DNA of 63,918 nt, counting the filler, from Limisphaerales bacterium (GTDB lineage Bacteria > Verrucomicrobiota > Verrucomicrobiia > Limisphaerales > SIBE01), in the NCBI GenBank assembly GCA_044225505.1. It is 4 parts of 4 records of this genome, joined end to end, with 100 filler letters (N's around TTAATTAATTAA, not from the genome) between each part and the next. Parts side by side here need not be neighbours in the genome. Positions count along the whole stretch, not along the records: positions 1 to 16,947 come from JBGAIN010000173.1; positions 17,048 to 34,551 come from JBGAIN010000174.1; 2 more parts are not named here. One strand, given 5' to 3'. A program made the position numbers and the translations under genes. The notes below the pieces were generated by a model that was not told the origin of the DNA, did no database searches, and was given only the letters and a program-made list of their open reading frames with translations. Positions 8,411 through 19,353 of this stretch are shown in pieces. Numbering within the stretch: the first letter of the stretch is position 1; every line of letters begins with the position of its first letter.

Positions 8411-11400
8411 CTACGGAATCACTTCGATCCGGTAATACGCTTTGTCAGTGGCTCCGAAATCGGTAAATGATGCCGTTGCCTCCGTTGCGGTAACGAGAGG
8501 CGCAAGCGCTTCCCAGAGACCCTCGCCTAAGGTGGCACGGCGTGACACACGGTATTTGGTCCCTGGAACACTCTTCCACGTAACTACCGGGACTGCGCGG
8601 ATGGTGGCACTCAGGACGGAATTGGGATCCCGCGGATCGGTTCCAGCGAGAAACTCCTGACTATTCGTTGCGCCATCCAGGTCAGCGTCAGCGTCTGCAC
8701 CACTCACTTTGGCATCGGCTAACTCGGCCGCAGAAAAATAGCGCGATTGCCAGGTCACAAATGGGTTGTCCGCGACAATCAGGTTAAAGGTCGCACGGGC
8801 GGAGAGGGCCCCGGCATCCGTTACGATGACGGTCACAACAGCGCTTCCGGTCTGGCCGGCCGCGGGGACCAACTGCAATATCCGATGTCCACCAGCCCCA
8901 CTGAGCGCGGTGTCTTTGGCTGGAACCAAGGTTGTGTTCGAGACCTCCACCTTCACTTGCAGGGCGTCCGCGGCTGTCTCAACATCGGAGATATCGAACG
9001 TCAGTTGAAGCGGCACCCCGGAGGTGACCGTTTGATCTGGGATGGCAGAGATCATGGGCGGAGTGTTGGTGGGAGCCGGACCCTCGAGGGCGATTCCTCC
9101 ATCGTTATAGCTAGCGGTCAGTTCATCCACCGCCACACTCACAATTTCACGCGCGATGGGCTGATCGCCAAACGTGAGCGGCGCGGTGGCCGGACCTTGC
9201 ACCAAGGCGGTGAAGCGCACTTCAACGATGGACAGCTTGCCCGCGGGCACCGTCTGTCCGGATGGCATCGCCACCGCCAACCCGATTCGACCGTTGTCGA
9301 CGGCACCGGTGTTCAGATTAAGAGTGGCTCCCGTGAGTCCGGATGCCACATTGGCCCCCGCATAACGAAGCTGGAGCGGATCAAAGTTTAAGCTGAAACC
9401 GAGCGCATTGATGTCACCCTCGGATTGCACACTCACGGTGATCGCTCCGGTCTGTCCAAGGGAGAGGGGCGCGCTTTCCACGCTGAGGATGCGCGGCGCA
9501 GGACCGAGTTTCCCAACCTTGGCGGCCCGCGTTGACAGGCCACTGGTCCCCACCGGACTCGAGGGACCTCCAGCCGCTTGGATCGGGTCCAACCCAGCCG
9601 CGTAGCGACCCGCCTGGACCCAATCGGAAATGGTGATTGCGCCATTGCCCAGAGCGAGCGCGCCGTTGCTGTTCCGCGGAGCACAATCGGCTTTCTGGAA
9701 CTCCCCGGGACTGGACGTTCTATCCAATCCAGCCGCGAACCGGCCGACCTGGACCCAATCGGAAATAGTCACTGTGCCGTTGTTGCTGCCATTTGGGCGT
9801 GGCGAGACATCGGCTTCATAGCCGGCTTTCAGCGTGATTGTGCCGCCTTGAAAGGTGGCGGTCAGCGCATTGGCCGAAGCGTCAATCAGTTCTTTGGCGA
9901 TCGGCTGATCCGCGAAGTCGACAGGAATGGAACTGACTGCGCCACCATTCACCGCGAACGTGACTTCAACGAGAGTGTTATTCCCTGCGGGCAACACTTG
10001 GCCTGCTCCCAAGGCGAGCGCAATGCCAATCCGTCCCACTCCTGTTTGGCCAGTATTCGTGTTGAGCTGCGCTCCCGCAACACTGGTTTTAACCCGCGGC
10101 GTAGAGAGCGATGCCGGATCGTACTGAAGACTAAAACCAATCGCGTTTTCATTTCCCGTGGCACTAATGAGGATGGGAACAACGACATCCGCACCGGCCC
10201 CGCCTGTCGCATCGCCTACCCGAACGATTCGTGCTGAACTACTGCCCACGGCCACTTGAAAGCTGGTGTTGCCTACCGATTGGCCATCGGTAACCGAGAG
10301 AGTGATCGTCGCGGTGCCGGACTGCCCGGGCGCCGGTTGAATGGTTACCGCCCGCGCGCTGCCGGTACCGGAGATCGAAATTCCCGAAACAGGCACCAGC
10401 TCAGGCTTGGAACTGGTCACACTCACCTGCAGAGATTCTGCAGAGTTATCGACATCCGACATCGTGAAAGCAATGGGTCCAAAGACTGAACCGACCGGCC
10501 CGGATTGATTCGCGATAGCCGAAATGGTCGGAGGATCGTTGATCGGTCGGACCGTGAGGATAAACGTGTCGGTGACAGCCAAACCGCCGCGATCGGTCAC
10601 GGTGACCGTAACGGTCGTTGATCCGGAAGCATTCGCTATTGGAGCGAGTGTGGCGCTGCGAGTCGCGCCGACGCCAGCAACGAGGATCCGCTCCGACGGC
10701 AGAAGGTCCGGGTTGGAAGAGGACACGGCCACCTGGAGGCTGGTCGCGGGAGTTTCGGCATCGCCGATCTGAAGCGTCACGGCGGCGACCGTGTCTTCGT
10801 CCGTTGCCTGGTCCGGAATATCCGCGAGCGTCGGGGCAGCATTGGGGGAGCTTGTCACCGTGATGATGGCGGGTTGACTGAGAGTGGAACCGACTCCATT
10901 GGACACCCGGACGAGATAGCTGGCACCGTCGGAGGGTTGAACGTTTTGCAGAGTCAATGTCGAACGGGTGGCGCCGAAGATCAAGGCCTCGTTCTTGTAC
11001 CACTGATACCGCAACGGCTCCGCGCCAGTAGCCGTGACACTCAGGGTGACTGTCCCGCCCGCTGCCACCGTCGTGCTGGCCGGCTGTTGGGTAATCTCTG
11101 GGGATGCACTAGATTGCGGTCGACATTTGCCCGCGCCGCCCGCGGTGTAGATTGCCTGAATCTCACTGCGGAGCAACGCGCGGTTGTAAATTGAAATCTC
11201 ATCGATACCCCCTGAAAAATAGAATGGGCTTCCATCAAAACCAGACGGTCGATAACCAAACAGCAAATTGTAACTCGTCTGTGGAACAAAGGTTCCTAGC
11301 GATTCATCGGCCAGCAAGACGCCATTCAAATAAAGGATGGCGTGACCGGAGATGCTGTCATACGTCAAGGCAACGTGTTGGTACTCTCCGACCGAAATCG

Positions 11401-11893
11401 CACCTGCTCCCGATCTTACCACATGATTCACCCCTAAAGTGTCGACCAGATTAGCGAACAGGCAGCCGGGACCATTTCCACCTGGAGGTATCACGGAATG
11501 ATAGAAGTGAACCCCGTAGGCCGTGCCTGAATTCCATTCCAGGATCGGGCTTTGACGCGTTACGGTCGAGGGATTGATCCAAGCTTCCAGAGTAAATCCC
11601 AATGCTCGGCCAACGTCGAGCGCGCTAGCGGCCGGCACGACAGCACCGTCGTCTAGGCCATCGAAGCCGTAGGCCTGGTTCACGCGTCCTGGAACAGCCG
11701 CAACTCCGTTGAGTGGGACGGCATGTAACTGCCCAATCACGTCCTCGGTACTTCCATCCCCTGGCCACCAAGCGACAAGCCCAGGCGCAAGCGGCGCACA
11801 CGACTGGGAGAATGCGCAAAGCTGACTGAAGAGATGAACAGCCGTAACGGTTAAGCCCAAATGGATGGCGAGTCTGCGTAGTGGTTTAGTCAC
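8411..11893 (-). CDS. Large secreted protein: LamG, Ig-like, cadherin/Big-like repeats, cohesin-dockerin-cohesin, terminal module
   Basis: Signal peptide; LamG (HVALTYD..LYLNG..IDEISIYNRAL); Ig (ITQQP..YQWYKN); cohesin-like AIGFSLQYDP and ALGFSLNFDP; duplicated TISDWVQxGRxAAGLD; DADLDGATNSQEFLAGTDP; ends YYRIEVIP. Confidence 0.85.
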   Translation of the reverse strand: MTKPLRRLAIHLGLTVTAVHLFSQLCAFSQSCAPLAPGLVAWWPGDGSTEDVIGQLHAVPLNGVAAVPGRVNQAYGFDGLDDGAVVPAASALDVGRALGFTLEAWINPSTVTRQSPILEWNSGTAYGVHFYHSVIPPGGNGPGCLFANLVDTLGVNHVVRSGAGAISVGEYQHVALTYDSISGHAILYLNGVLLADESLGTFVPQTSYNLLFGYRPSGFDGSPFYFSGGIDEISIYNRALLRSEIQAIYTAGGAGKCRPQSSASPEITQQPASTTVAAGGTVTLSVTATGAEPLRYQWYKNEALIFGATRSTLTLQNVQPSDGASYLVRVSNGVGSTLSQPAIITVTSSPNAAPTLADIPDQATDEDTVAAVTLQIGDAETPATSLQVAVSSSNPDLLPSERILVAGVGATRSATLAPIANASGSTTVTVTVTDRGGLAVTDTFILTVRPINDPPTISAIANQSGPVGSVFGPIAFTMSDVDNSAESLQVSVTSSKPELVPVSGISISGTGSARAVTIQPAPGQSGTATITLSVTDGQSVGNTSFQVAVGSSSARIVRVGDATGGAGADVVVPILISATGNENAIGFSLQYDPASLSTPRVKTSVAGAQLNTNTGQTGVGRIGIALALGAGQVLPAGNNTLVEVTFAVNGGAVSSIPVDFADQPIAKELIDASANALTATFQGGTITLKAGYEADVSPRPNGSNNGTVTISDWVQVGRFAAGLDRTSSPGEFQKADCAPRNSNGALALGNGAITISDWVQAGRYAAGLDPIQAAGGPSSPVGTSGLSTRAAKVGKLGPAPRILSVESAPLSLGQTGAITVSVQSEGDINALGFSLNFDPLQLRYAGANVASGLTGATLNLNTGAVDNGRIGLAVAMPSGQTVPAGKLSIVEVRFTALVQGPATAPLTFGDQPIAREIVSVAVDELTASYNDGGIALEGPAPTNTPPMISAIPDQTVTSGVPLQLTFDISDVETAADALQVKVEVSNTTLVPAKDTALSGAGGHRILQLVPAAGQTGSAVVTVIVTDAGALSARATFNLIVADNPFVTWQSRYFSAAELADAKVSGADADADLDGATNSQEFLAGTDPRDPNSVLSATIRAVPVVTWKSVPGTKYRVSRRATLGEGLWEALAPLVTATEATASFTDFGATDKAYYRIEVIP

Positions 11894-11984
11894 GAGTGTT
11901 GAGGGTTAATGTGAAAGTCCGTCCCCGGTAGCGCTCTTGAATGCGCCACCGTTGGACACAGCTTGTTTATGAATGCAACCCAAC

Positions 11985-14900
11985 TCAAAATGCGCGGCGA
12001 GTCGCACGGTAGAATCTCTGTTTATCATTCCCCATTGCCGAATCCCCGAAACGCAAGGTGCCCGTGGAATTGGTCAGTTCTAACAAAACTTCCCAGTTCT
12101 GCAAGTTCGCGGATGCTTCAATGCGATAGATCAGCCCGTCAGGTTCTCCCAGGTCCAAAGATAGTTCCCCCTTCGCATCGACCCTAACGGATCGAATGCG
12201 GACCTCGACTGGAAGCAACTCGTCACCTGCGATGGATTGGCTCAGGCCGTCCCATGAGACTTGGCCGCTAAACTTGAAACTCGATTGAGAGGCGTTGGAC
12301 GGTTTCACACGGAAGGTCAACTCTCGCTGTTCCCTATCAAAGAAAGGCCCCCAACGCACCACTCGGTTTAACGTATCAAGAATGCCATTCTGACCTACGT
12401 CAATTACCGATAACCCTTTGGGCACGCTCTCTTCCGCGGCGTAGACCGCCGTCGATTCGGATGGCTGGAAGACCACTCGGACCGTTGCCGCTTCATCTCC
12501 CGCAGCGTAGCTCCCGAGGTAACGAATCGCGGTGCTGAGGTTCGCTTTCGTTCCGGCTGACGGCAGGATTTGCAGGCGAACGACGGTTGAGCCTGCCCGG
12601 GTCACCCACCAGATGGGCGGTTGGGTAATCGACGGATCGAATCGATACACTTCTCCGTTCTTCCAGAGAAAGCCAGCGCGCGTCACGTAATCGAGCGGGA
12701 TAGGGTTTGGGCCTACCGTCCAAGCGTCCCCGCGGCGCCAGGCGGACGCATAGGCCGTAATCTCATTAATGGAGATTCGCTGATCCGCGGGACTGACGTC
12801 TGCAGGATGCGATGGGGCGCTCGTAATCTTCACTGCCCCCTCGATTGAGAGAATCAAGCTGTCCGCTGAGACAATCCCTCCAAACTTCTTCTCCCCTGAG
12901 TCTCCAACTGGAGGCGTCGCTTCATAGGTCAACGTCCTGGGTAGGAAATCAAAAAACGGACCAAATTTGACTCGATGATTCGTCGGATCGTAACTCCCTC
13001 CGCTGCTAATCTTCCCGACCGTCCAATTCGCGGGCGGTTCGTCTTCGATGGCATATGCATAACCACCATCGCTCGTTGCTCCAAGCGTCGTCTCGAGCCG
13101 TACCGGGACCGCAATCCCTGGCACGTAATAGAGCGGAAGCGTCCGGTCGAATCGAATCGGGTTCACCACCGACAAAGTAATCGCGGCGCTTTCGACGGCC
13201 GCCACCGGGTTGCGAACAGTCACCGAATAGTTTCCCGCTTGCGACGGTTGAACATTGATTAATTTCAGGCCGGAGCCAGTTGCCCCCGCCATATCACGCC
13301 CATTGAACCTCCATTGGTAAGTATACGGCCCCGACCCGCTCACCTGGGTGGTGAAACTTATCTCCGCTCCGATGGGTAGTGTGCGGGCGGCCGGTTGCAC
13401 CGTGACTCGGGGAGCGGTCAGAAAACCAACCGTGCGAATGCGTTGGTTGCCTGTATCCGCAATGACCAAAGTGCCATCCGCGGTGATCCCGAGCCCTCCC
13501 GGCGCGTTGAATTGCGCGACTGCTGCCAAGCCGTCCACCCACCCTGGCTTTCCGGTGCCAGCAATCGTGCGCACCACACCCTCAGGGCTGATTTGTCGAA
13601 CGGCGTGATTCCCATTCTCCACACCAAACAGAGTTCCCGCCGGGTCAACCGCGATCCCGTCCGGACGGTAAAAACGCGCTGCTGCGCCCGGACCGTCCGT
13701 AAACCCCGGAAAGATGCTTCCAGCGAGCGTGGTAACCACCCCCGTTGGCGTCACTTTGCGAATGCGATGACTACCCCATTCGGTGACGTAAAGATTGTCG
13801 GCAGCATCGATCGCCAAACCAGCCGGTTGGTTAAGTCCCGCCGAAGTTCCGATCCCGTCGGCGAAGCCGGGTTGGCCATTGCCGGCAAAGGTCAACACCT
13901 GGCCGTTCGTCATTTTCCGGATGGTGTGATTATTGAATTCGGAGATGTAGAGTGATCCGAACGAGTCGAATACCAAATCGTTGGGGAAATCAAACTGGGC
14001 GCGATCGGTCGGGCCATCCAAGTACCCGCGCACACCGCTGAACAGGTGCCCCACCATCCTTGGATTGTCCGCGCTAATCTTTCGGATCTGATTATTGCCA
14101 GTATCCGCGACAAAGAGGGATCCGAATCGATCAACCACCACGCCGAGCGGTGAGTTGAACTGCGCCGGTCGCCACATCGACGCGGCGGATCTTGTGGTTG
14201 AGAGTGTCTGCCACGTAGGCGCCTTGGTCCAGTCCGACCACTCCCGCGTTCGGATTCGCGAAACTGGCGGCCAACCCCTCCGCATCGTTCGACCCCATCT
14301 GGCCTGAGCCCGCGAGCGTTGAAACATAGGTGTAAACGGGTTCCGGCGCAGCTCCGGCGATGTGCAACCGCACGCCGACATAATCTCCTTCCTCGCCTGT
14401 TGGAAGGAATTCCAACCGGACAACGTCGCCCGGCGCGACCTGAATTCCTCGCAGCGGATTTGGGCCGCCCGCACCCGATTCCAAAGGCATAGGGTTAGCC
14501 CGGCTGTACGGATCTCCACCGCTGATCACGCCGGACGAGATGACCGAGTTGCGGACCGAGAGTGTCCAGCGATTGCCCCGCAACCCGCCTCCCAAGTCGG
14601 GGATGTCCCGCGCCTCCCAGACCGCACCGGAAAGATTGATGCTGCCGTTAAACGAACTCGTCCAGGTTACGCTCGCGGCCCCGTTCTGAAGCCCATTGGG
14701 CGTGCCGGGCTTATGCGTGTGCACGACGATATCACCCATCTGCCAATCCTCCCCGATGTTGGGAAGGGAAGAACTGCGAAACCAAAATGGGATCGTGCTG
14801 CCAAATGCCCATCCTCCCTGCGGTGGCGAGAAGACGTCGAGTTTCCAATCATCCACGCGGGGTAAGATGGAATTGCCAGCCCAGAATGTCCAAGGACCGT

Positions 14901-16947
14901 TCGGGTTGGAACCCTCGTTCCAATCCTTCTGTAAATCGGATGTGACCGCGGTTGGGACGGTCGCCGAGCACTTACCGGCAGCGCCGGAGCTGTAAACCGC
15001 GGCGATTTCTGATGGCTTCAGCCCTCGCTGGTAGAGGCTCACTTCATCCATGCGACCATTGAAAGCAAACGGGCTCCCGTCAAAGCCTGGAGGTCGATAG
15101 CCCAGGAGGATATTGTAGCGAGTTTCCGGAGTAAATATGCCCAGGTTTTGCTCGATCAAGAGAGCGCCGTTCAGATAGAGGGCTGTTTGGCCGGAGCTTT
15201 TATCGTAAGTCAGCGCGACGTGTTGAAATTGGTTGGCCTGAACAACTCCGCCAGGCGACGTGATCACGTGGTTATTCCCATCGATGTCTACTAAATTAGC
15301 GTACAAGCAACCCGGGCCGCCTCCCCAAGGAGGGATTACAGAAATGTAAAAGTGCGCTCCGTAACGAAGGCTAGAATTCCACTCAAGAATGGGTTGCTGC
15401 TGGCTCAGGCTCCTCGGGCTAATCCATCCCTCGACGGTAAACCCAGAGCCCCTTCCGACGTCCAAAGCGGCTGACGCTGGAACCTGCACATACCCGTCAA
15501 CGCCATCAAACGCAAAGGCCTGGCCGACCTGCCCGCGTTCGTAGCTAATTCCCCCGAGTGGCGTTCCGTCGAGAGCTCTAATCACCTCTCGGGGAGAGCC
15601 GTTGCCTGGCCACCAGGCGACCAGGCCGGCAGGCGCGGCGGTGCATTCGGTCGCACCAAATTCGATGGTGCGAATGCGCGGTGCATCGGTCATCAGGATA
15701 TTGCCATTGGGCAGGAAGAGCGGTTGTGAATAATGCTGAAATTGGGCGACCGCGACCGGCCCGTCTTGATAGCCCACCGGATTATCCAAAGACCATTCCA
15801 CTTGGCCGGCCGGGTTGAATTTGATGAATCGATGGCTTCCAGCGCCCGGCGGCAGTGAGGCATAGACGTTGCCCGCCTGGTCCACCTCGACGACTTCGAT
15901 GTAAGGCAGCCCACTCGCAAAGGTGCTGACTTCTCCGCTCACGCTGATTCGACGGACCAAGCCGTTCAGCCAATCCGCCACAAAGAGCTCGCCGGTCGAA
16001 GAACCACTGACCCAGTGCGGACTCTCAAATGTCGCTGCGGTCCGATCTCCATTCTGCGCTCCCCGCCGGCCCGCGACTCCCGCATAGGTGGTTACTTGAG
16101 CTTGTGGTGTGATCTTCCGAACGACCAAATTTTCGAAATCGGCCACGTAGAGATTGTCATTGGCATCAATGCACATGCCAACCGGGGAGTTGAAACGAGC
16201 CGCAGCCCCCACCCCATCCGCATAGCCGGCCGTTGAGCCGGCGAAGGTGGTGACATTTCCTTGGGTATCTAGTTTGCGAACGCGGTGATTGATACGATCG
16301 GTAATGAACATATTTCCCGCGCGATCAAACACGATCGCGTTCGGGCCTCGAAAACGGGCGGTTAAACGAGGCCCTTCCACAAGGCCCGGATCGCGACTCC
16401 CAGCAAACGTCGAGACGATTCCATTCGCATCGATGGCACGAATGCGATGCGCTCCGGGTTCCACTGTGGTGAACGTGGGAACATACGATTCGGTAACGTA
16501 TATTCGCCCATCGGGTCCTAACGCGAGCGCAGCTGGATGCTCGAAGGTCGCCTCGGTCCGGAACCCGTCGGCGGAGCCATCGACCGAACCGGCAAAGGTA
16601 GTGACGCGCGTTGGCTTGCCGGAGGCGGCGGTTTCCGGCCCCAATAGTTGCAGCCCGTTCATCACTGGGAGACCGGATACGCCTGGTTTAATAACGATGA
16701 AGACCTGTCCTCCAGCAACAACATCCAAATCACGAAAAACGACGTACTGCCCTCCTTCCTTCCAAATTCCCGCGTCCCAATCCGAGGTTGGGCTAGTCTG
16801 CTTAGTCCCGTAGTTCCGGCCGCCAGAAGCGACTTCAATTACGCCGTTCTCATTGGGCGGCTGTCCATGGGCATAGAAGTACAGCGTATAACGCCCCGGA
16901 GGGAGATCCCTCAGAGTGACGGTCGTATCCCCGCTCCGGCCGAGCGG
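11985..16947 (-). pseudogene. Large NHL-repeat/LamG/Ig surface protein, 5'-truncated by the gap and frameshifted near 14160
   Basis: The frame is open from the gap (PLGRSGDTTVTL...) through NHL repeats and LamG to HKIRRVDVATGAV. It continues in another frame as AQFNSPLGVVVD with NHL, Ig, duplicated GPFFD domains and RFYRA. Could be a real lesion or an assembly error. Confidence 0.8.
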
Positions 16948-17047
16948 NNNNNNNNNNNNNNNNNNNNNNNNNNNNNNNNNNNNNNNNNNNNTTAATTAAT
17001 TAANNNNNNNNNNNNNNNNNNNNNNNNNNNNNNNNNNNNNNNNNNNN
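16948..17047. other. Artificial contig linker
   Basis: 100 nt of N with a TTAATTAATTAA six-frame stop spacer. Confidence 0.99.
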
Positions 17048-17245
17048 CAAGTGCACCAGTTGGAAGATGCGCCAGCGGAACTGGACCAAGCGGCCGCCAT
17101 TTCTGAAGTGCTGGCCTTGGGGTATACCTACCGGGGAGAATTGGTGCGGCGCGCGTTGGTTCGGGTCAAAGCGGAAACGGCGGAGAAAACTGAGCCGGAA
17201 TTGGCCGCTGCGGAACCGCCGACCACCTTAAATCTCCCACTCTGA
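17048..17245 (+). CDS. 3' fragment of a GrpE-like nucleotide exchange factor
   Basis: QVHQ...EVLALGYTYRGELVRRALVRV resembles the GrpE C-terminal beta domain; truncated by the gap. Confidence 0.6.
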   Translation, partial: QVHQLEDAPAELDQAAAISEVLALGYTYRGELVRRALVRVKAETAEKTEPELAAAEPPTTLNLPL

Positions 17246-17307
17246 TTCGAGGGCAGAGTTGGCTGGCCAGTGGGGAAGGAGAGTGCTCTCCACAAGGCTC
17301 CACGCTC

Positions 17308-19098
17308 CTACTTGGCGGTCGGAGGTCCAATGGCAATTGCTTCGGAAAGTAAGCCCAGGGCATCCGCTCGCGCCACGGAGCCAACCAACCGAAACTCCGC
17401 AAGATTGTTGACCACAGGAATATTGCGTTGCTCGCTGGAAAGGAGCACAGGAAGCGCATCGAACAGGCTTTGGCCCGGGGTCAGACAGGGTGGAGGCGGG
17501 CGCATGAGGTCGTAAGCAATCACACTGGTCAGCTCCAATTGCGTGTTCAGGTATTCCTTCATGTCCTGCAACGCGACGAGGCCGATCAGACGCTGCGTTT
17601 TGTCGACGACCGGCAGAAAGCTATTCGAACTGGTCAGAAAACGATCGACGATCTCCTGAAAGCTCGCGGTCTCTCGCAACGGAGTTATTGGCTCGCGCAT
17701 GAGATCCCCCACGTTTTGTGTGCTCGCTTCGCCCAACCGACGGCTTTCCCCGTCAAAATGGAGTCCCTTGCGGCGGAGCGGCTCCGTGTAAACGGAGTCC
17801 GGGTGCAACCGGCGCGCGGTGAGTGTGGCCAACGCGCAGGCCAACATCAGCGGCGGCATGATCGAGTAATTCAACGAAATCTCGAACATCATGATCAACG
17901 CTAAAAGCGGTGAATGCGTTGTGGCCGAGAGCACACTTCCCATTCCCACCAAAGCGAACGCCGCGGCGGGCATCTGGTCCGCATACCCGAACTTGTGCAG
18001 GACCTGGCCGAGCGCGCTGCCCAACCCGGCCCCGAGGAAGAGCGTTGGGGTCATGACACCGCCGACGGTGCCGGAACCGACGGTCGCCAACGTGGCAATC
18101 AGTTTGGCGCAGAAAACGCCCATTAAAATCGTGAGCTCGAATTGCTCGTGCAGAATGCTATTGGCGACACTGTAGCCATTGCCAAACACCTCCGGGAACC
18201 GCGTCGCCAACCCGCCGACAATCAACCCGCCGAGCGCCAGGCGGACAAATATGGGAACGGTCAAGCGTTCGAACAAGACTTCGCTATAACGGAGCATTTT
18301 GAGAAAACCCGCCCCGAGACAGCCCGCGAGAAATCCCAACACGAGGAACCAATTCAACTGAATGAGGTTGTCAAACTCCACCGCAGGCACTTCGTACCAG
18401 GGATGAAATCCGAAGAAACTCCGCGAGACCATGGTCGCGACGACTGACGCGAATACAACCGGCGCGAACAGGTTCATCGAAAAGTTGCCCAGGACAATCT
18501 GAGCGGCGAAGACCGCGCCAGAGACCGGGGCGTGATAGGCGGCAGCCAACCCCGACGCTGCGCCACACGCCACGAGCAACCGCAGTCGATAGGGCTGCCA
18601 ATTGGCCAGCTGCCCGCCTTTGGAAGCGAGGGTCGCTGTTAATTGGATGATCGAACCTTCTCGTCCGATCGATGCTCCCGTCGAAATACTAAACAGGGAC
18701 GAGAGCGATTTGACGAGGGCGCTGCGCATGCGCAACCGGCCGTCCCCCGCCACGACCACCTCCATGATGTTTTGCGAGCCCTGGCCCATAACGATCCGCA
18801 ACCCCCAGAACAACACGAGGCCCGAGGCCAACCCTCCCACGCAAGGAATCAGCGCCCGATGCCACTTTGGGAGTTCATGCGCCACATCCACCAGATCCCC
18901 AGCTTGACCAAAAAACGCCGCAATCAAACCACGGCTGCCAAAGTAAAAGGCGAGGTTCGTTACGCCGCCCACCACGCCGACGAGTCCCGCGAGAATAAGA
19001 TGAAACGTCTCCTCGTTAAGCCGGAGCTTCTCCCGGGTGGTCTCGCAAAAGACCCCGTCCAGCCGAGGCCAACTCATGCAGAGACTTGGAGCGATCAA
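17308..19098 (-). CDS. ClcB-like chloride channel/transporter with C-terminal CBS pair
   Basis: SIGREGSI, ACGAASGLAAAYHAP, GGVMTPTLFLG, ATTHSPL, many TM helices and CBS domains. Confidence 0.9.
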   Translation of the reverse strand: MIAPSLCMSWPRLDGVFCETTREKLRLNEETFHLILAGLVGVVGGVTNLAFYFGSRGLIAAFFGQAGDLVDVAHELPKWHRALIPCVGGLASGLVLFWGLRIVMGQGSQNIMEVVVAGDGRLRMRSALVKSLSSLFSISTGASIGREGSIIQLTATLASKGGQLANWQPYRLRLLVACGAASGLAAAYHAPVSGAVFAAQIVLGNFSMNLFAPVVFASVVATMVSRSFFGFHPWYEVPAVEFDNLIQLNWFLVLGFLAGCLGAGFLKMLRYSEVLFERLTVPIFVRLALGGLIVGGLATRFPEVFGNGYSVANSILHEQFELTILMGVFCAKLIATLATVGSGTVGGVMTPTLFLGAGLGSALGQVLHKFGYADQMPAAAFALVGMGSVLSATTHSPLLALIMMFEISLNYSIMPPLMLACALATLTARRLHPDSVYTEPLRRKGLHFDGESRRLGEASTQNVGDLMREPITPLRETASFQEIVDRFLTSSNSFLPVVDKTQRLIGLVALQDMKEYLNTQLELTSVIAYDLMRPPPPCLTPGQSLFDALPVLLSSEQRNIPVVNNLAEFRLVGSVARADALGLLSEAIAIGPPTAK

Positions 19099-19269
19099 AC
19101 ACGTGTGTATACTATAATGAATTTTTCGAGGATGCGACGAGTCTAGAATTTAGGGGATGTTGTGCTCTGACGTCGGGGACCACAAGAAATGCGACGCAGA
19201 GGTCAGCGTTGAAGACCGCCGAGTGCCGCAGAACGGTTTTATCGCATCGGAAGGGGCGGACGAGAGCTT

Positions 19270-19284
19270 GGCACACCAAATGCC
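19270..19284 (+). promoter_or_regulatory. Putative sigma-54 promoter of the MacAB-like operon
   Basis: TGGCACACCAAATGC (GG-N10-GC) ~70 bp upstream of ATG 19354. Confidence 0.45.
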
Positions 19285-19353
19285 GACGATTCTGCTGGTA
19301 TGTTTCCCGATTGCGCGTAGACGTATTAAACGGTACGATATAATGCCGAAAGC

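Noticed and set aside
16948..17047. TTAATTAATTAA palindrome within N runs (also 34552-34651 and 51822-51921)
   Set aside because: Artificial contig-joining linker. ORFs running into it and cross-gap gene neighbourhoods are not biological.
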